Shown here one piece after another: positions 1-9,647 of a stretch of 26,206 nucleotides of DNA. The stretch is from positions 1 to 26,206 of the IMG/VR virus record IMGVR_UViG_3300030433_002700. The stretch is one strand, 5' to 3'. The notes beneath the pieces were generated by a model. It saw only the letters and a program-made list of their open reading frames with translations. It was not told the DNA's origin and searched no databases. The translations under genes and the position numbers were made by a program. Every line of letters starts with the position of its first letter. Position 1 is the first letter of the stretch. Source of the stretch: a virus. Taxonomy: Duplodnaviria; Caudoviricetes.

Positions 1-1
1 T

Positions 2-3000
2 TCAGCCGAAGCAAGAATGTCAGCAGTGACTCATGATGTCTTCTTCAATGCAGAAAAGGCTTCTGCACAGGTCAGTCTTGGTTCTAGTACCATTGGTTTT
101 TCGACCTATCATAAGTTTAGAGACAGCGAGGAGGTAGTATACCTCACAGACGATCAGAAGGCCGTTACAGGTCTTTCTACGGGGGCCTCATACTACGTTG
201 GAGTTGTAGATAGTAAGACTGTAAAACTCTACGAAACTTTTAGTGACTCTCTTGTTGGTATCAATACTGTCAGACTTCAGTTCTTCGGTGAGGGTGTTCA
301 TAAGTTCAGATCTTCTACTCTGAAGAATATTGTCACCTCTGTTGTCATTACAAATCCTGGTACAGGATATGAGAACAAAGAGAGGAAAATTGTTGGCGTC
401 AATACTGCAACAAATGAGTTCACCATTAAGAACCACGATTACTCTGAGAAAGAGGTTGTAAGATACACTGGTTCGACCATCGATGGTCTTGTTCAGAATA
501 AAGATTACTACGTCAGAAGAATTGATGAGAACAAGTTCTCACTTTCAGAAGTCGGAACTGGAAATACTGTAGTCGATTATTACTACGATAGAAATGTTTT
601 TGTTGAACTGAGATCTACTGGTTCTGGAACTTTCAACTACAAACCAATCGTTGTTAGTGTTAATGGTATTACTGGTGTATCCACAAGAACCGATCAGAAC
701 TTCTCTGCACAGGTTCAACCAGTATTCAGAGGTAATCTTGAATCTATTGATGTAACGAGTGGTGGTGTCGGATATGGTTCATCAGAAATTATCAACTTTG
801 ACAGAAAACCTGTTGTAACTCTCTTTAGTGGATCTGGTGCGGTCCTTGTTCCTGTCATCAATAATGGTCAGGTTGTAGATGTTCTGGTCAACAATCCTGG
901 TTCAGGCTATAACTCACCACCTGATTTAGAACTTCAGACTACAACTGGTAAAAATGCATCTTTAACACCAGTTCTTAAGAATGGTCAAATTGAATCTGTC
1001 AAGATTATTAAGGCTGGTGCTGGTTATGTTCCAGATAAAACTTCTATCAAAGTAACTCCTTCTGGTAAAGAAGCTGTTGTTGAAACAATCATTAACCAGT
1101 GGAACATCAACCTGTTCGAAAGAAACTTCAATACTTTAGGTGATGATGATGGTGTTCTTGATAACAACATCAGTGATAATGAATTACAGTATTCTTATCT
1201 GTATGCTCCCCGTCCCTTGAGACAGAACACATTTGCTGTTTCTGGAACTTCGGATGATAATACCCGTTATGGTACACCAGACCTCAACCTGAACAATGGT
1301 GTTGAGGTTACAAGTGTATACCACTCACCAATTATCGGTTGGGCATATGATGGTAATCCCATCTACGGTCCATATGGTTTCGATAATCCAAGTGGTTCTT
1401 CCTTTGTTAAGGAGATGACTTCTAGTTATGAGTTAAAAACTAATCTTACAAACAGACCACCTGTTTCTCTTTATCCATTAGGTTTCTTCATTGAAGACTA
1501 CGTCTACACTGGTGCCGGTGATCTTGATGAACATAATGGTAGATTCTGTGTAACACCTGATTATCCAAACGGTGTTTATGCATACTTCGCAACTATCAAT
1601 ACAATTAATGATTCTGTTGGTCCTTTCCAAGGTTATAGAAGACCACAGTTCCCATATCTGATCGGTGATTCTTACAACTCAGTTCCACATCCTATCAACT
1701 TCAAGTCTATAACAAGACAAGGTGAGTATGATATCGAAGGTGATCGTTGGTTGAGAAATACTTACAACTATAATCTTGATGATGAGTTCAACAAGTATAA
1801 GTACATCTTCAACTCTAATCTTGTAAAAGAACAATCACTGGAAGTCACTTCGGCATCTCTGGGTATTGTTGAAAGTGTAGGTATTGTTACTGGTGGTAAG
1901 AACTATAAGGTCAATGACTCTGTTATCTTCGACGACACAAACAGTGGTGGATCTGGTGCCAGAGCAAGAGTTACAACTATCGAAGGTAAGGAAGTTAATA
2001 CTGTAAGTATTGCGACAACAGTATTCTATGATGTAGAGTTTACACCATTCAACACTGGTACGTTCATTGGTTTCTCAACCCTTGTTCACTCATTCAATAA
2101 TGATGACGTTGTAAATGTTACAGGTCTTTCTTCCTACTTTGGTGGACTCGACGGATCTTACACTGTTGGTGTTAGAAGTGATAACTTTGTATTGACTCTT
2201 GGTATCTCCACCGCAAATACCAATGATGTTGATTATGCATATGTGAACGGACTTCTTGAGTTCCCATACATCAGACCTGACGATATCCTGACGGTAGATG
2301 ATGAGAAAGTAAGAGTTCTGAATATCGATAAGAAGACTGGAAGAATTAGAATTCAGAGAGGTGTTGAAGGAACTGCACCTATTCCACACCAGAACCAGTC
2401 GATTCTCTTTGAGAATCCTAAGAAGTTCAGTATCAATGTAGGTTCTCTGAAGACAACTAGAATTTTCAATGTCAATGAGATTCTCTACTTCGATCCTGCA
2501 GAATCTGTAGGTTTAGGTATTTCACTGGGAACTGGTATTGGTAATACCATTACGTTCTCTAATCCTGGTGTTGGACAAACTCAAGTATTTGTTGGTCCAC
2601 AAGAAATCTATTATCCAAGTCATGGTCTCAAACTGAATGACAAATTGTTCTACACTGCTAATGGTGGAACAAGTCTTCAAGTTTGGAACGGAACTTCTGC
2701 TGGTTATTTGGATCTTACATCTTATCAAGATCTCTTTGCAGTTCCACTTTCGATGGACACTCTTGGTATTAGTACCAATAAGGTAGGTCTTGGTTCCACT
2801 GGTGTATATGTTGGTGTTAATACTTCCACAGCACTTCTGTACTTCACCTCGGTTGGTACAGGTAATACTCATAAGTTCACCACAAACTATAACAATGTAG
2901 TTACCTCTGAGGTTTCTAGACACACTGTAACAGTATCCACTGCATCAACTCACGGTCTGGTTAAGAGTGATCTTGTCAAGATGGATATCAGACCAAGTCT

Positions 3001-6000
3001 TGAAGATGTTGTAACAGTTAAGTATGATGACTTCAACAGAAGAATCGTATTTGATCCTAAGACATTTACTGCAGGTAACGTTGATCTGGTAAGAAACTCT
3101 ATCAACTTCTCTGATGAGTTCTTTGCACTTGGTGATAAGGTCATTCACACTGCATCTACACCAGTTGGTGGTCTTGAAAATAATGAAATCTATTATGTTG
3201 TTCCTTTCAATGATACCAAGGTAAGACTGGTAAAAGAGAAGTATCAGGTCAACCTGGAGAACCCACCATTCATTGATCTCACCAGTGCATCTAGTGGTAC
3301 ACTCTCCAAGATCAATCCAAAGGTTCAGTCTAAGAAGAACAATACTCTGAAGTTTGATCTTTCTGATCCTTCTCTGTCATTCATCAGTGGTGGAACTAAG
3401 ATCCCTGCATTTGATATGAATCTCTACTCTGATAGAGAGTATACAAATGTATTCTTTACCACAGGTGATACAAGTCAGTTTGAAGTTGTTAAGACTGGTC
3501 AACCTGGTGTTGGTACAGATGCAAGTCTTAAGTTGACTGTTCGTGACACTGTTCCAACTCAACTTTATTACAGATTTGAAGCAGACAATCTGGATGTCAT
3601 TCCCTCAGTCAAGTCTCAGATTGTTATTGATGACGATGTAAGTGCACATAACAGTATTGAAATTGTTCAATCACTTTACAACGGCAACTACAACATTGTT
3701 GGTGTAGGTTCTACATCATTCGAATACACAATCAAGGATGTTCCTGATGTATCTCTGTATAATTCTTCAAATGCGACTGTAAAGTATACCACAACTTCCA
3801 AGACTGCATTTGGTCCTATTTCAAACATCAACGTCAATGATGGTGGTGCAGGATATAAAGAACTTCCTGGTATTACTTCGATTAGAAGTGGTATTGGTAG
3901 TGATGCAATCATTACTCTTTCCAGTAAGAGTATTGGTGAAGTTCTTTCTACTAAGTTCAATGATATTGGATTCAACTACCCTTCTGATGAGACACTTAGG
4001 GTTGTTACTAATGTTCCAGAGATTTTGGAAGTAGAGGCACTATACTCATTTGAAAGTATTGGTATTACTTCTTCTGGTAAGAACTATCTGACCAACCCAG
4101 AACTGGTAATCCTTGATGGATTTACGGACCAAGTTGTTCCTGATGTTGATTTGAGATATTCTCTTGGTGATACCGAAGTTGAGATCTTACAAAACACAAA
4201 TGGTCTTTATAACGTAGAACCAACTATTGTTCCAATCAAGAACTCCAACGGTGTTGGTATTTCTTCAGTCACTTATAACCAATCTACCAAGACTGTAAGG
4301 GTTTATTTGACAGCTCAGTTCAGTCAGGCTGTTAACTTCAGATACAAGACTGGTGCAAGAGTTCTTATCGAAGGTATATCTGTTGGTATTGGTTCGACTG
4401 ATAGAGGTTTCAACTCTGAAAACTATGGTTATGAAAGATTTGAGGTAACTGGATTCGATATGCAACTCGGTGGAGCTGGTGCATACTTCGAATATAATCT
4501 TGATGGATATCTGAAGTCTGGTGAAAAGCCAGGTGTTATGGATCCCACTAGATCTTCGGCTAGAGCAATTCCAGAATCTGATTTCCCTGTATTTGATATC
4601 AAACTTCAACCAAATAACTTCTTCGATGATGAAGTTGTATATTCTGGTGATAAACAAGGTACAGTTGAAAGATGGAATCCAACCAATAGAATTCTGGTTG
4701 TTTCCACTCCTAACGAATTTGAAGTTGGATCAAGAATTACTGGTGAAGCCTCTGGAACAGAAGTTGTTATTCAGAACAAGTTGAACTTTAACTCATCTGT
4801 TTCTACAGGTGCAGGTTCAACATTCGTTAACGGATGGAAGACTAATTCTGGTTTCCTGAATGATAGTCTTCAGAGAACTCCAAACAATGAATATTATCAG
4901 AATCTGTCATATTCACTTAAGTCCATTGTCCCCTTTGAGAAATGGGATGATTCAGTTTCTAGTCTGGGACACGTTGCAGGTCTTGCCAAGTTTGCAGACC
5001 TATCTGTAGAATCTGAGGAAGAAGCACCAGGTGGCATTATTGTATCACCAGGTGACAGTGATGTTGATGTTGTTGTTGATGTCATCAGTGAAGCCAGTAT
5101 TCATTGTTTCACCGATTTTGATGATGTCAGTGAGAACTCATTCAACCTCAATGGTAATCTGACATCCGATGAAATTATCTTCCAGAACAGAATCCTCACT
5201 GATTATAACGAATCATTTGGTAATAGAGTTCTGAGTATTGATGACTTCAGTGACACCTTCAACAGTCTTGCAAGAACAACCAAATATGCAAACGTTGGTG
5301 ACTTCCCATCAAATTACACTTATAACAAGATCTTGATCTACACAAGAGATCAGGTTCTGACCAGTCAGAGACAGATTAGTTTCGTTTCTATTCTTCATAA
5401 CAACTCTGATGCTTTGATTTCTGAATATGGTAATGTTGACACCAGAAACTTGGGTTACTATGACTTTGTACAATCATCTGATCAAACGAAGTGGTTCTTG
5501 AGATTCTATCCTGTTAACTTTGCATACAACTCTTATGATGTAAACACACTTTCATTCAGTCTCCTCGATAATATCAGTGGTGTAGGTTCAACAACCTTTG
5601 GTGATATTGTTAATGTTGAGTCTAAGAGAACTGATGTTTCTATTGGTACTACTACAACTATTGCATCCATCCCAACAACTTATAGATCAGGTAAGTTACT
5701 TGTTCAGTTGGAAGATGGGAACGATCACTACTCTGTCGATGAACTGAATTATGTTCATGATGGAACAGATGTATATCTTCTCGAATATGGTGATCTTGCA
5801 ACTAACGTAACTGGTTTTGGTACTTTCAACGTTTATGTTGATGGTAGTAATGTTGATGTTGACTTTGCTCCAACAACAGGTGTTGGAGTTACGGCTACCG
5901 TCTCTATTATTGAAACATCAGCAACAGGAACTGGTCCTGGAACCACATATCTGGATCACTCAAAACTTGATACTCAATACACTTCAATCTCTGCTTCTGG

Positions 6001-9000
6001 TTCACCTGGTATAACCACGATTGCAACTTACTCTGGTGCTTCGGAAGCTTCCTATCATGTTGTTACCGTTACAGATACGACAAACAATGAATATGAATCA
6101 TTTGAAGTTATCACACTTTCTTCTGTAAATTCACCTTCTGAGTTTGTTGAATATGCAAATGTTCAAAGTGGTGGATCTCTGGGTCAAGTTGGTATTGAGA
6201 CTACAAGTAATGGTCCAAGTCGTCTGAACCTTACATATACTCCTAACGCAAGTATCGACGTTGAGGTCAGAGTTCTTTCTATCGGTATGGAACCTCCTAC
6301 CGATAATACTAGACCAACAAATATCAATCTTGAGACTTTATATGTCCACACTGACGAAGGAGTCTATACGGGTACTCAACTTGACCTCATGACTGCCTTT
6401 GGTATCAAACACAATGGTGATCAAATCTTCCTCAGAGGATTTGATGGTAGTGACCCTTCAGTTGTTGATACCACTGAAAACAGTGTCTCAATTTCTAACC
6501 ACTTCTTTGTAACTGGTGAAGAAGTTGTCTACACTTCACCTGGTGCAGGAACCACTGCTGCTATCGGTATTGGAACAACCAGTGTCCCTGGTATTGGTGT
6601 TACTGATAAGTTACCATCAACACTTTATATTGTTGCACCAAACAGTAAAGAAATCAAGTTTGCAACCACTGCAGAAAATGCACTGAAACAGGATCCTGTT
6701 GTTCTCAGTATTGGATCAACTGGTATCGGTGCTGGACACAGTATTACTTCCACGAAACAGAACCAAAAAGTTCTTCTTGCAATTGACAATATTGTTCAAT
6801 CTCCAATTGTTGCATTTGGTGTTACATCATCTCTTGGACAAGATGTTGCATTCCAACAAGATATTCTCCTGTCAGGTATAACTTCGATCTTCACTGGTGA
6901 TCTTCTTCGTGTTGGAAGTGAGATCATGGAAGTCTCTTCTGTTGGAGTTGGTAATACAACTTCAATCAGTGTTTTCAGAGGAAGAATGGGAACTTCTAGA
7001 GCAAATCACCTCACTGGTGATTTAGTTGAGAAACTGAGTGGTGAATACAACATTGTTGGTAACACTCTGAACTTTGCTTCTGCACCTAAGGGTCCAGACC
7101 CAGTTGGTGTGGCTGTAACTGTTGATCCTGATGGTGTTGATTGGGTTGGTCTTACCACCACATCAACCTTCCAAGGTAGATCCTTCATGAGATCTGGTGT
7201 AACTGATACAACCAATGAAACATACTCCCAGAACTACATCTACGATAACGTCTCCTTCCAATTCACTGGTATTAGAAGTGAATTCACTATGACTTCAGGT
7301 GGTTCCAATGTAACTGGTATCGCAACACAAAATCCATTCGTTGTTATCAACGGTATTGTTCAAGAACCAACGGGTATACAACCACCATCACTTCAGGTTG
7401 GTGACTATAGAATGAGTGAGGAAACTGGTATCACTAGTATCACGTTCATTGGTAATGATGGATTACCAAGTGGATGGGATCCAAACAACGGAGCATATCC
7501 AATTGGTGGTTTGATGGTTTCTGTTGGTTCTTCCAATGGAATTGGTTATCAACCTCTGGTAGCTGCTGGTGGCACTGTTACTGTTTCTGCAACTGGAACG
7601 ATCACTGCAGTCAGTATTGCTAACTCTGGTTCTGGTTATAGAGCTGGTATTCAGACAGTTGTTAATGTTGGTGTTCAAACTTACAGTGATGGAATTCCAA
7701 ATATTGAGTTTATCGGAACAGCTGCTGTCAGTGGTGGTCACATTGTAAGTGTTGCCATTACAAACCCAGGTGTAGGATACACTGGAACGGATCTTCCTGA
7801 TCTGGTCTTTGATGACCCAATGAGTTATGACAACATTCCTCTGAGTTATGCACCTGGTTATGTTGGTTCTGGTCAAAGTGCAACTGTTGATATCGTTGTT
7901 GGTCAGGGTTCAAGTGTTATTAACTTCACTCTCAGAAACCCAGGTTACGGATATGGTAATGGTGAAAGACTTGTATTCGAGGCTGGTGGATTGAGTGGTA
8001 TTCCTACTGATCCAAGTGTATCATTCGAAGCTTTCCAACTTCTGGTTGATGAAGTTTACTATGACAGGTTCAACTCTTGGTCTGTTGGTGAAATTGCTGT
8101 TCTTGATACTCTTGACAATGAGTTTGATGGGTTCAAGACTAACTTCCAAATCACACTCAATGAAGCTGCATTCCCAATCGCAGTTAGAACTGGTTCACCT
8201 GTTGATGTTGAACAGACTTTGATTGTATTCATCAATGACGTATTACAGGTTCCTGGAATCGGTTATGAGTTCAGTGGTGGAACTATCATCAAGTTCACCG
8301 AACCACCTAAGGTAGGTGATACTTCTAAGATCTTGTTCTACAAGGGAACCAGTGGTGTTGACGTTAGATTCGTCGATATTCTGGAAACTGTAAAACCAGG
8401 TGATACTCTTGATATTGATAACAACCCAGAACTTGGTCAGGGTATTTCACTTGACGAAGATGTCAGAGTTGTCACTGGTATCAGTACCGTTGATTCAGTA
8501 TTCACCAATCCTTACTCTGGACCTGGTGTTACCACTGATGCAAATCTCCTGAGACCCGTCACTTGGTGTAAACAACTTACAGATAAGATTATTGATGGTG
8601 AAGTTGTTGGTAAAGATAGACAACAGTATGAACCTCTGATTTATCCAGCATCTTATCTGACTCAACCTGTAGGTCTTGGTTCTACAATTGTTTATGTTGA
8701 CACCGTAAGACCTCTCTATGATGCCGAAAATGAGACGGCACTCAGATCTTTCCAGAACAAAATTGAAATTGTATCACAAGATTCTATCGTAAGTGCATCT
8801 GCCACTGCAGTTGTTTCTTCTGCAGGAACAATCACTTCTATCAGTGTTACCAATTCTGGTATTGGTTATACATTATCACCACAGGTTACAATTTCTACTC
8901 CTGTAGGTGTTGGAACAACTCAAAGAGCATCTGGAACTGCAACAATCTCTGGTGGTTCAGTAACTTCTGTAACGGTTGCCAATCCTGGATCAGGATACAC

Positions 9001-9610
9001 GACATCCAATCCACCTTCTGTATTGATTGAAGATCCTCGTACAATCAGAGAAGAAATTAATGTTCTCGATTATACAGGTGATTATGGAATTGTTGTTGGA
9101 TTGGGAACTACTGATAGTGGTTCACAGGAACAGATCATCTTTGATCTCTTCATTCCACAAGACTCCTTCATGAGAAATATCGCCCTTGTAGGAACGGCTG
9201 TAACAATCAGTGGTATTTCTACAGGTGATTACTTCACCATCTATGGAACAAATACTTCCATCGGTAATACATTTGGAACACAGAGAACTGACGGATCTAG
9301 TATTGGTGTTGGTACAACCGCACTTGATATGGTCTATCAGGCAGTGAGTGTTGAAGTTAAAGAGTTGACCATTCCTGGTATTGGTCAAACACATATCAAT
9401 AGAGTTGTTACTAATGTCGATTCTTATGGTGTCGGATTCTCCACAGTAAGTCTACCAAGTCTTGGTAACTACAGTTGGGGTAAGATTAACCTTTCTGATA
9501 GAACAGATAAGAGATCCTTTGAGTTCTATGGTAACAATGGATATACTGGAATTTCAACTTCTGGTTTCGTGTTCAGAAATGTTGCACTGAAGGATGACAA
9601 TTATACTTGA
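2..9610 (+). CDS. gp7: Giant multidomain virion structural protein, gp7-like baseplate wedge initiator of T4-like cyanophages (5'-truncated)
   Basis: The frame is open from base 2 (TCA GCC GAA GCA AGA ATG), so the ATG at 17 is probably internal and the gene starts upstream of the window. It lies immediately before gp8. It contains a YHYH-like segment (HSPIIGWAYDGNPIYGPYG), an NEYYQNLSYSLKS..P..KW...V..LGH.AG baseplate-wedge-like motif, and many Gly/Thr/Ser-rich beta repeats. Confidence 0.75.
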   Translation, partial: SAEARMSAVTHDVFFNAEKASAQVSLGSSTIGFSTYHKFRDSEEVVYLTDDQKAVTGLSTGASYYVGVVDSKTVKLYETFSDSLVGINTVRLQFFGEGVHKFRSSTLKNIVTSVVITNPGTGYENKERKIVGVNTATNEFTIKNHDYSEKEVVRYTGSTIDGLVQNKDYYVRRIDENKFSLSEVGTGNTVVDYYYDRNVFVELRSTGSGTFNYKPIVVSVNGITGVSTRTDQNFSAQVQPVFRGNLESIDVTSGGVGYGSSEIINFDRKPVVTLFSGSGAVLVPVINNGQVVDVLVNNPGSGYNSPPDLELQTTTGKNASLTPVLKNGQIESVKIIKAGAGYVPDKTSIKVTPSGKEAVVETIINQWNINLFERNFNTLGDDDGVLDNNISDNELQYSYLYAPRPLRQNTFAVSGTSDDNTRYGTPDLNLNNGVEVTSVYHSPIIGWAYDGNPIYGPYGFDNPSGSSFVKEMTSSYELKTNLTNRPPVSLYPLGFFIEDYVYTGAGDLDEHNGRFCVTPDYPNGVYAYFATINTINDSVGPFQGYRRPQFPYLIGDSYNSVPHPINFKSITRQGEYDIEGDRWLRNTYNYNLDDEFNKYKYIFNSNLVKEQSLEVTSASLGIVESVGIVTGGKNYKVNDSVIFDDTNSGGSGARARVTTIEGKEVNTVSIATTVFYDVEFTPFNTGTFIGFSTLVHSFNNDDVVNVTGLSSYFGGLDGSYTVGVRSDNFVLTLGISTANTNDVDYAYVNGLLEFPYIRPDDILTVDDEKVRVLNIDKKTGRIRIQRGVEGTAPIPHQNQSILFENPKKFSINVGSLKTTRIFNVNEILYFDPAESVGLGISLGTGIGNTITFSNPGVGQTQVFVGPQEIYYPSHGLKLNDKLFYTANGGTSLQVWNGTSAGYLDLTSYQDLFAVPLSMDTLGISTNKVGLGSTGVYVGVNTSTALLYFTSVGTGNTHKFTTNYNNVVTSEVSRHTVTVSTASTHGLVKSDLVKMDIRPSLEDVVTVKYDDFNRRIVFDPKTFTAGNVDLVRNSINFSDEFFALGDKVIHTASTPVGGLENNEIYYVVPFNDTKVRLVKEKYQVNLENPPFIDLTSASSGTLSKINPKVQSKKNNTLKFDLSDPSLSFISGGTKIPAFDMNLYSDREYTNVFFTTGDTSQFEVVKTGQPGVGTDASLKLTVRDTVPTQLYYRFEADNLDVIPSVKSQIVIDDDVSAHNSIEIVQSLYNGNYNIVGVGSTSFEYTIKDVPDVSLYNSSNATVKYTTTSKTAFGPISNINVNDGGAGYKELPGITSIRSGIGSDAIITLSSKSIGEVLSTKFNDIGFNYPSDETLRVVTNVPEILEVEALYSFESIGITSSGKNYLTNPELVILDGFTDQVVPDVDLRYSLGDTEVEILQNTNGLYNVEPTIVPIKNSNGVGISSVTYNQSTKTVRVYLTAQFSQAVNFRYKTGARVLIEGISVGIGSTDRGFNSENYGYERFEVTGFDMQLGGAGAYFEYNLDGYLKSGEKPGVMDPTRSSARAIPESDFPVFDIKLQPNNFFDDEVVYSGDKQGTVERWNPTNRILVVSTPNEFEVGSRITGEASGTEVVIQNKLNFNSSVSTGAGSTFVNGWKTNSGFLNDSLQRTPNNEYYQNLSYSLKSIVPFEKWDDSVSSLGHVAGLAKFADLSVESEEEAPGGIIVSPGDSDVDVVVDVISEASIHCFTDFDDVSENSFNLNGNLTSDEIIFQNRILTDYNESFGNRVLSIDDFSDTFNSLARTTKYANVGDFPSNYTYNKILIYTRDQVLTSQRQISFVSILHNNSDALISEYGNVDTRNLGYYDFVQSSDQTKWFLRFYPVNFAYNSYDVNTLSFSLLDNISGVGSTTFGDIVNVESKRTDVSIGTTTTIASIPTTYRSGKLLVQLEDGNDHYSVDELNYVHDGTDVYLLEYGDLATNVTGFGTFNVYVDGSNVDVDFAPTTGVGVTATVSIIETSATGTGPGTTYLDHSKLDTQYTSISASGSPGITTIATYSGASEASYHVVTVTDTTNNEYESFEVITLSSVNSPSEFVEYANVQSGGSLGQVGIETTSNGPSRLNLTYTPNASIDVEVRVLSIGMEPPTDNTRPTNINLETLYVHTDEGVYTGTQLDLMTAFGIKHNGDQIFLRGFDGSDPSVVDTTENSVSISNHFFVTGEEVVYTSPGAGTTAAIGIGTTSVPGIGVTDKLPSTLYIVAPNSKEIKFATTAENALKQDPVVLSIGSTGIGAGHSITSTKQNQKVLLAIDNIVQSPIVAFGVTSSLGQDVAFQQDILLSGITSIFTGDLLRVGSEIMEVSSVGVGNTTSISVFRGRMGTSRANHLTGDLVEKLSGEYNIVGNTLNFASAPKGPDPVGVAVTVDPDGVDWVGLTTTSTFQGRSFMRSGVTDTTNETYSQNYIYDNVSFQFTGIRSEFTMTSGGSNVTGIATQNPFVVINGIVQEPTGIQPPSLQVGDYRMSEETGITSITFIGNDGLPSGWDPNNGAYPIGGLMVSVGSSNGIGYQPLVAAGGTVTVSATGTITAVSIANSGSGYRAGIQTVVNVGVQTYSDGIPNIEFIGTAAVSGGHIVSVAITNPGVGYTGTDLPDLVFDDPMSYDNIPLSYAPGYVGSGQSATVDIVVGQGSSVINFTLRNPGYGYGNGERLVFEAGGLSGIPTDPSVSFEAFQLLVDEVYYDRFNSWSVGEIAVLDTLDNEFDGFKTNFQITLNEAAFPIAVRTGSPVDVEQTLIVFINDVLQVPGIGYEFSGGTIIKFTEPPKVGDTSKILFYKGTSGVDVRFVDILETVKPGDTLDIDNNPELGQGISLDEDVRVVTGISTVDSVFTNPYSGPGVTTDANLLRPVTWCKQLTDKIIDGEVVGKDRQQYEPLIYPASYLTQPVGLGSTIVYVDTVRPLYDAENETALRSFQNKIEIVSQDSIVSASATAVVSSAGTITSISVTNSGIGYTLSPQVTISTPVGVGTTQRASGTATISGGSVTSVTVANPGSGYTTSNPPSVLIEDPRTIREEINVLDYTGDYGIVVGLGTTDSGSQEQIIFDLFIPQDSFMRNIALVGTAVTISGISTGDYFTIYGTNTSIGNTFGTQRTDGSSIGVGTTALDMVYQAVSVEVKELTIPGIGQTHINRVVTNVDSYGVGFSTVSLPSLGNYSWGKINLSDRTDKRSFEFYGNNGYTGISTSGFVFRNVALKDDNYT

Positions 9611-9618
9611 TAATCTCC

Positions 9619-9626
9619 TATAAATA
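9619..9626 (+). promoter_or_regulatory. T4-type late promoter TATAAATA (gp55 sigma)
   Basis: Exact T4 late consensus in the intergenic gap, ending 21 nt upstream of the gp8 ATG. Confidence 0.85.
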
Positions 9627-9647
9627 ACAAAAAAAGTCCTCTAAACA

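Noticed and set aside
17-19. ATG at 17 as the true start of the giant gene
   Set aside because: The frame is open back to the window edge with no stop, promoter or RBS, and the protein begins mid-repeat.
5055-5085. GAT/GTT microsatellite-like run (DSDVDVVVDV)
   Set aside because: Short, imperfect and explained by amino-acid content and codon bias.
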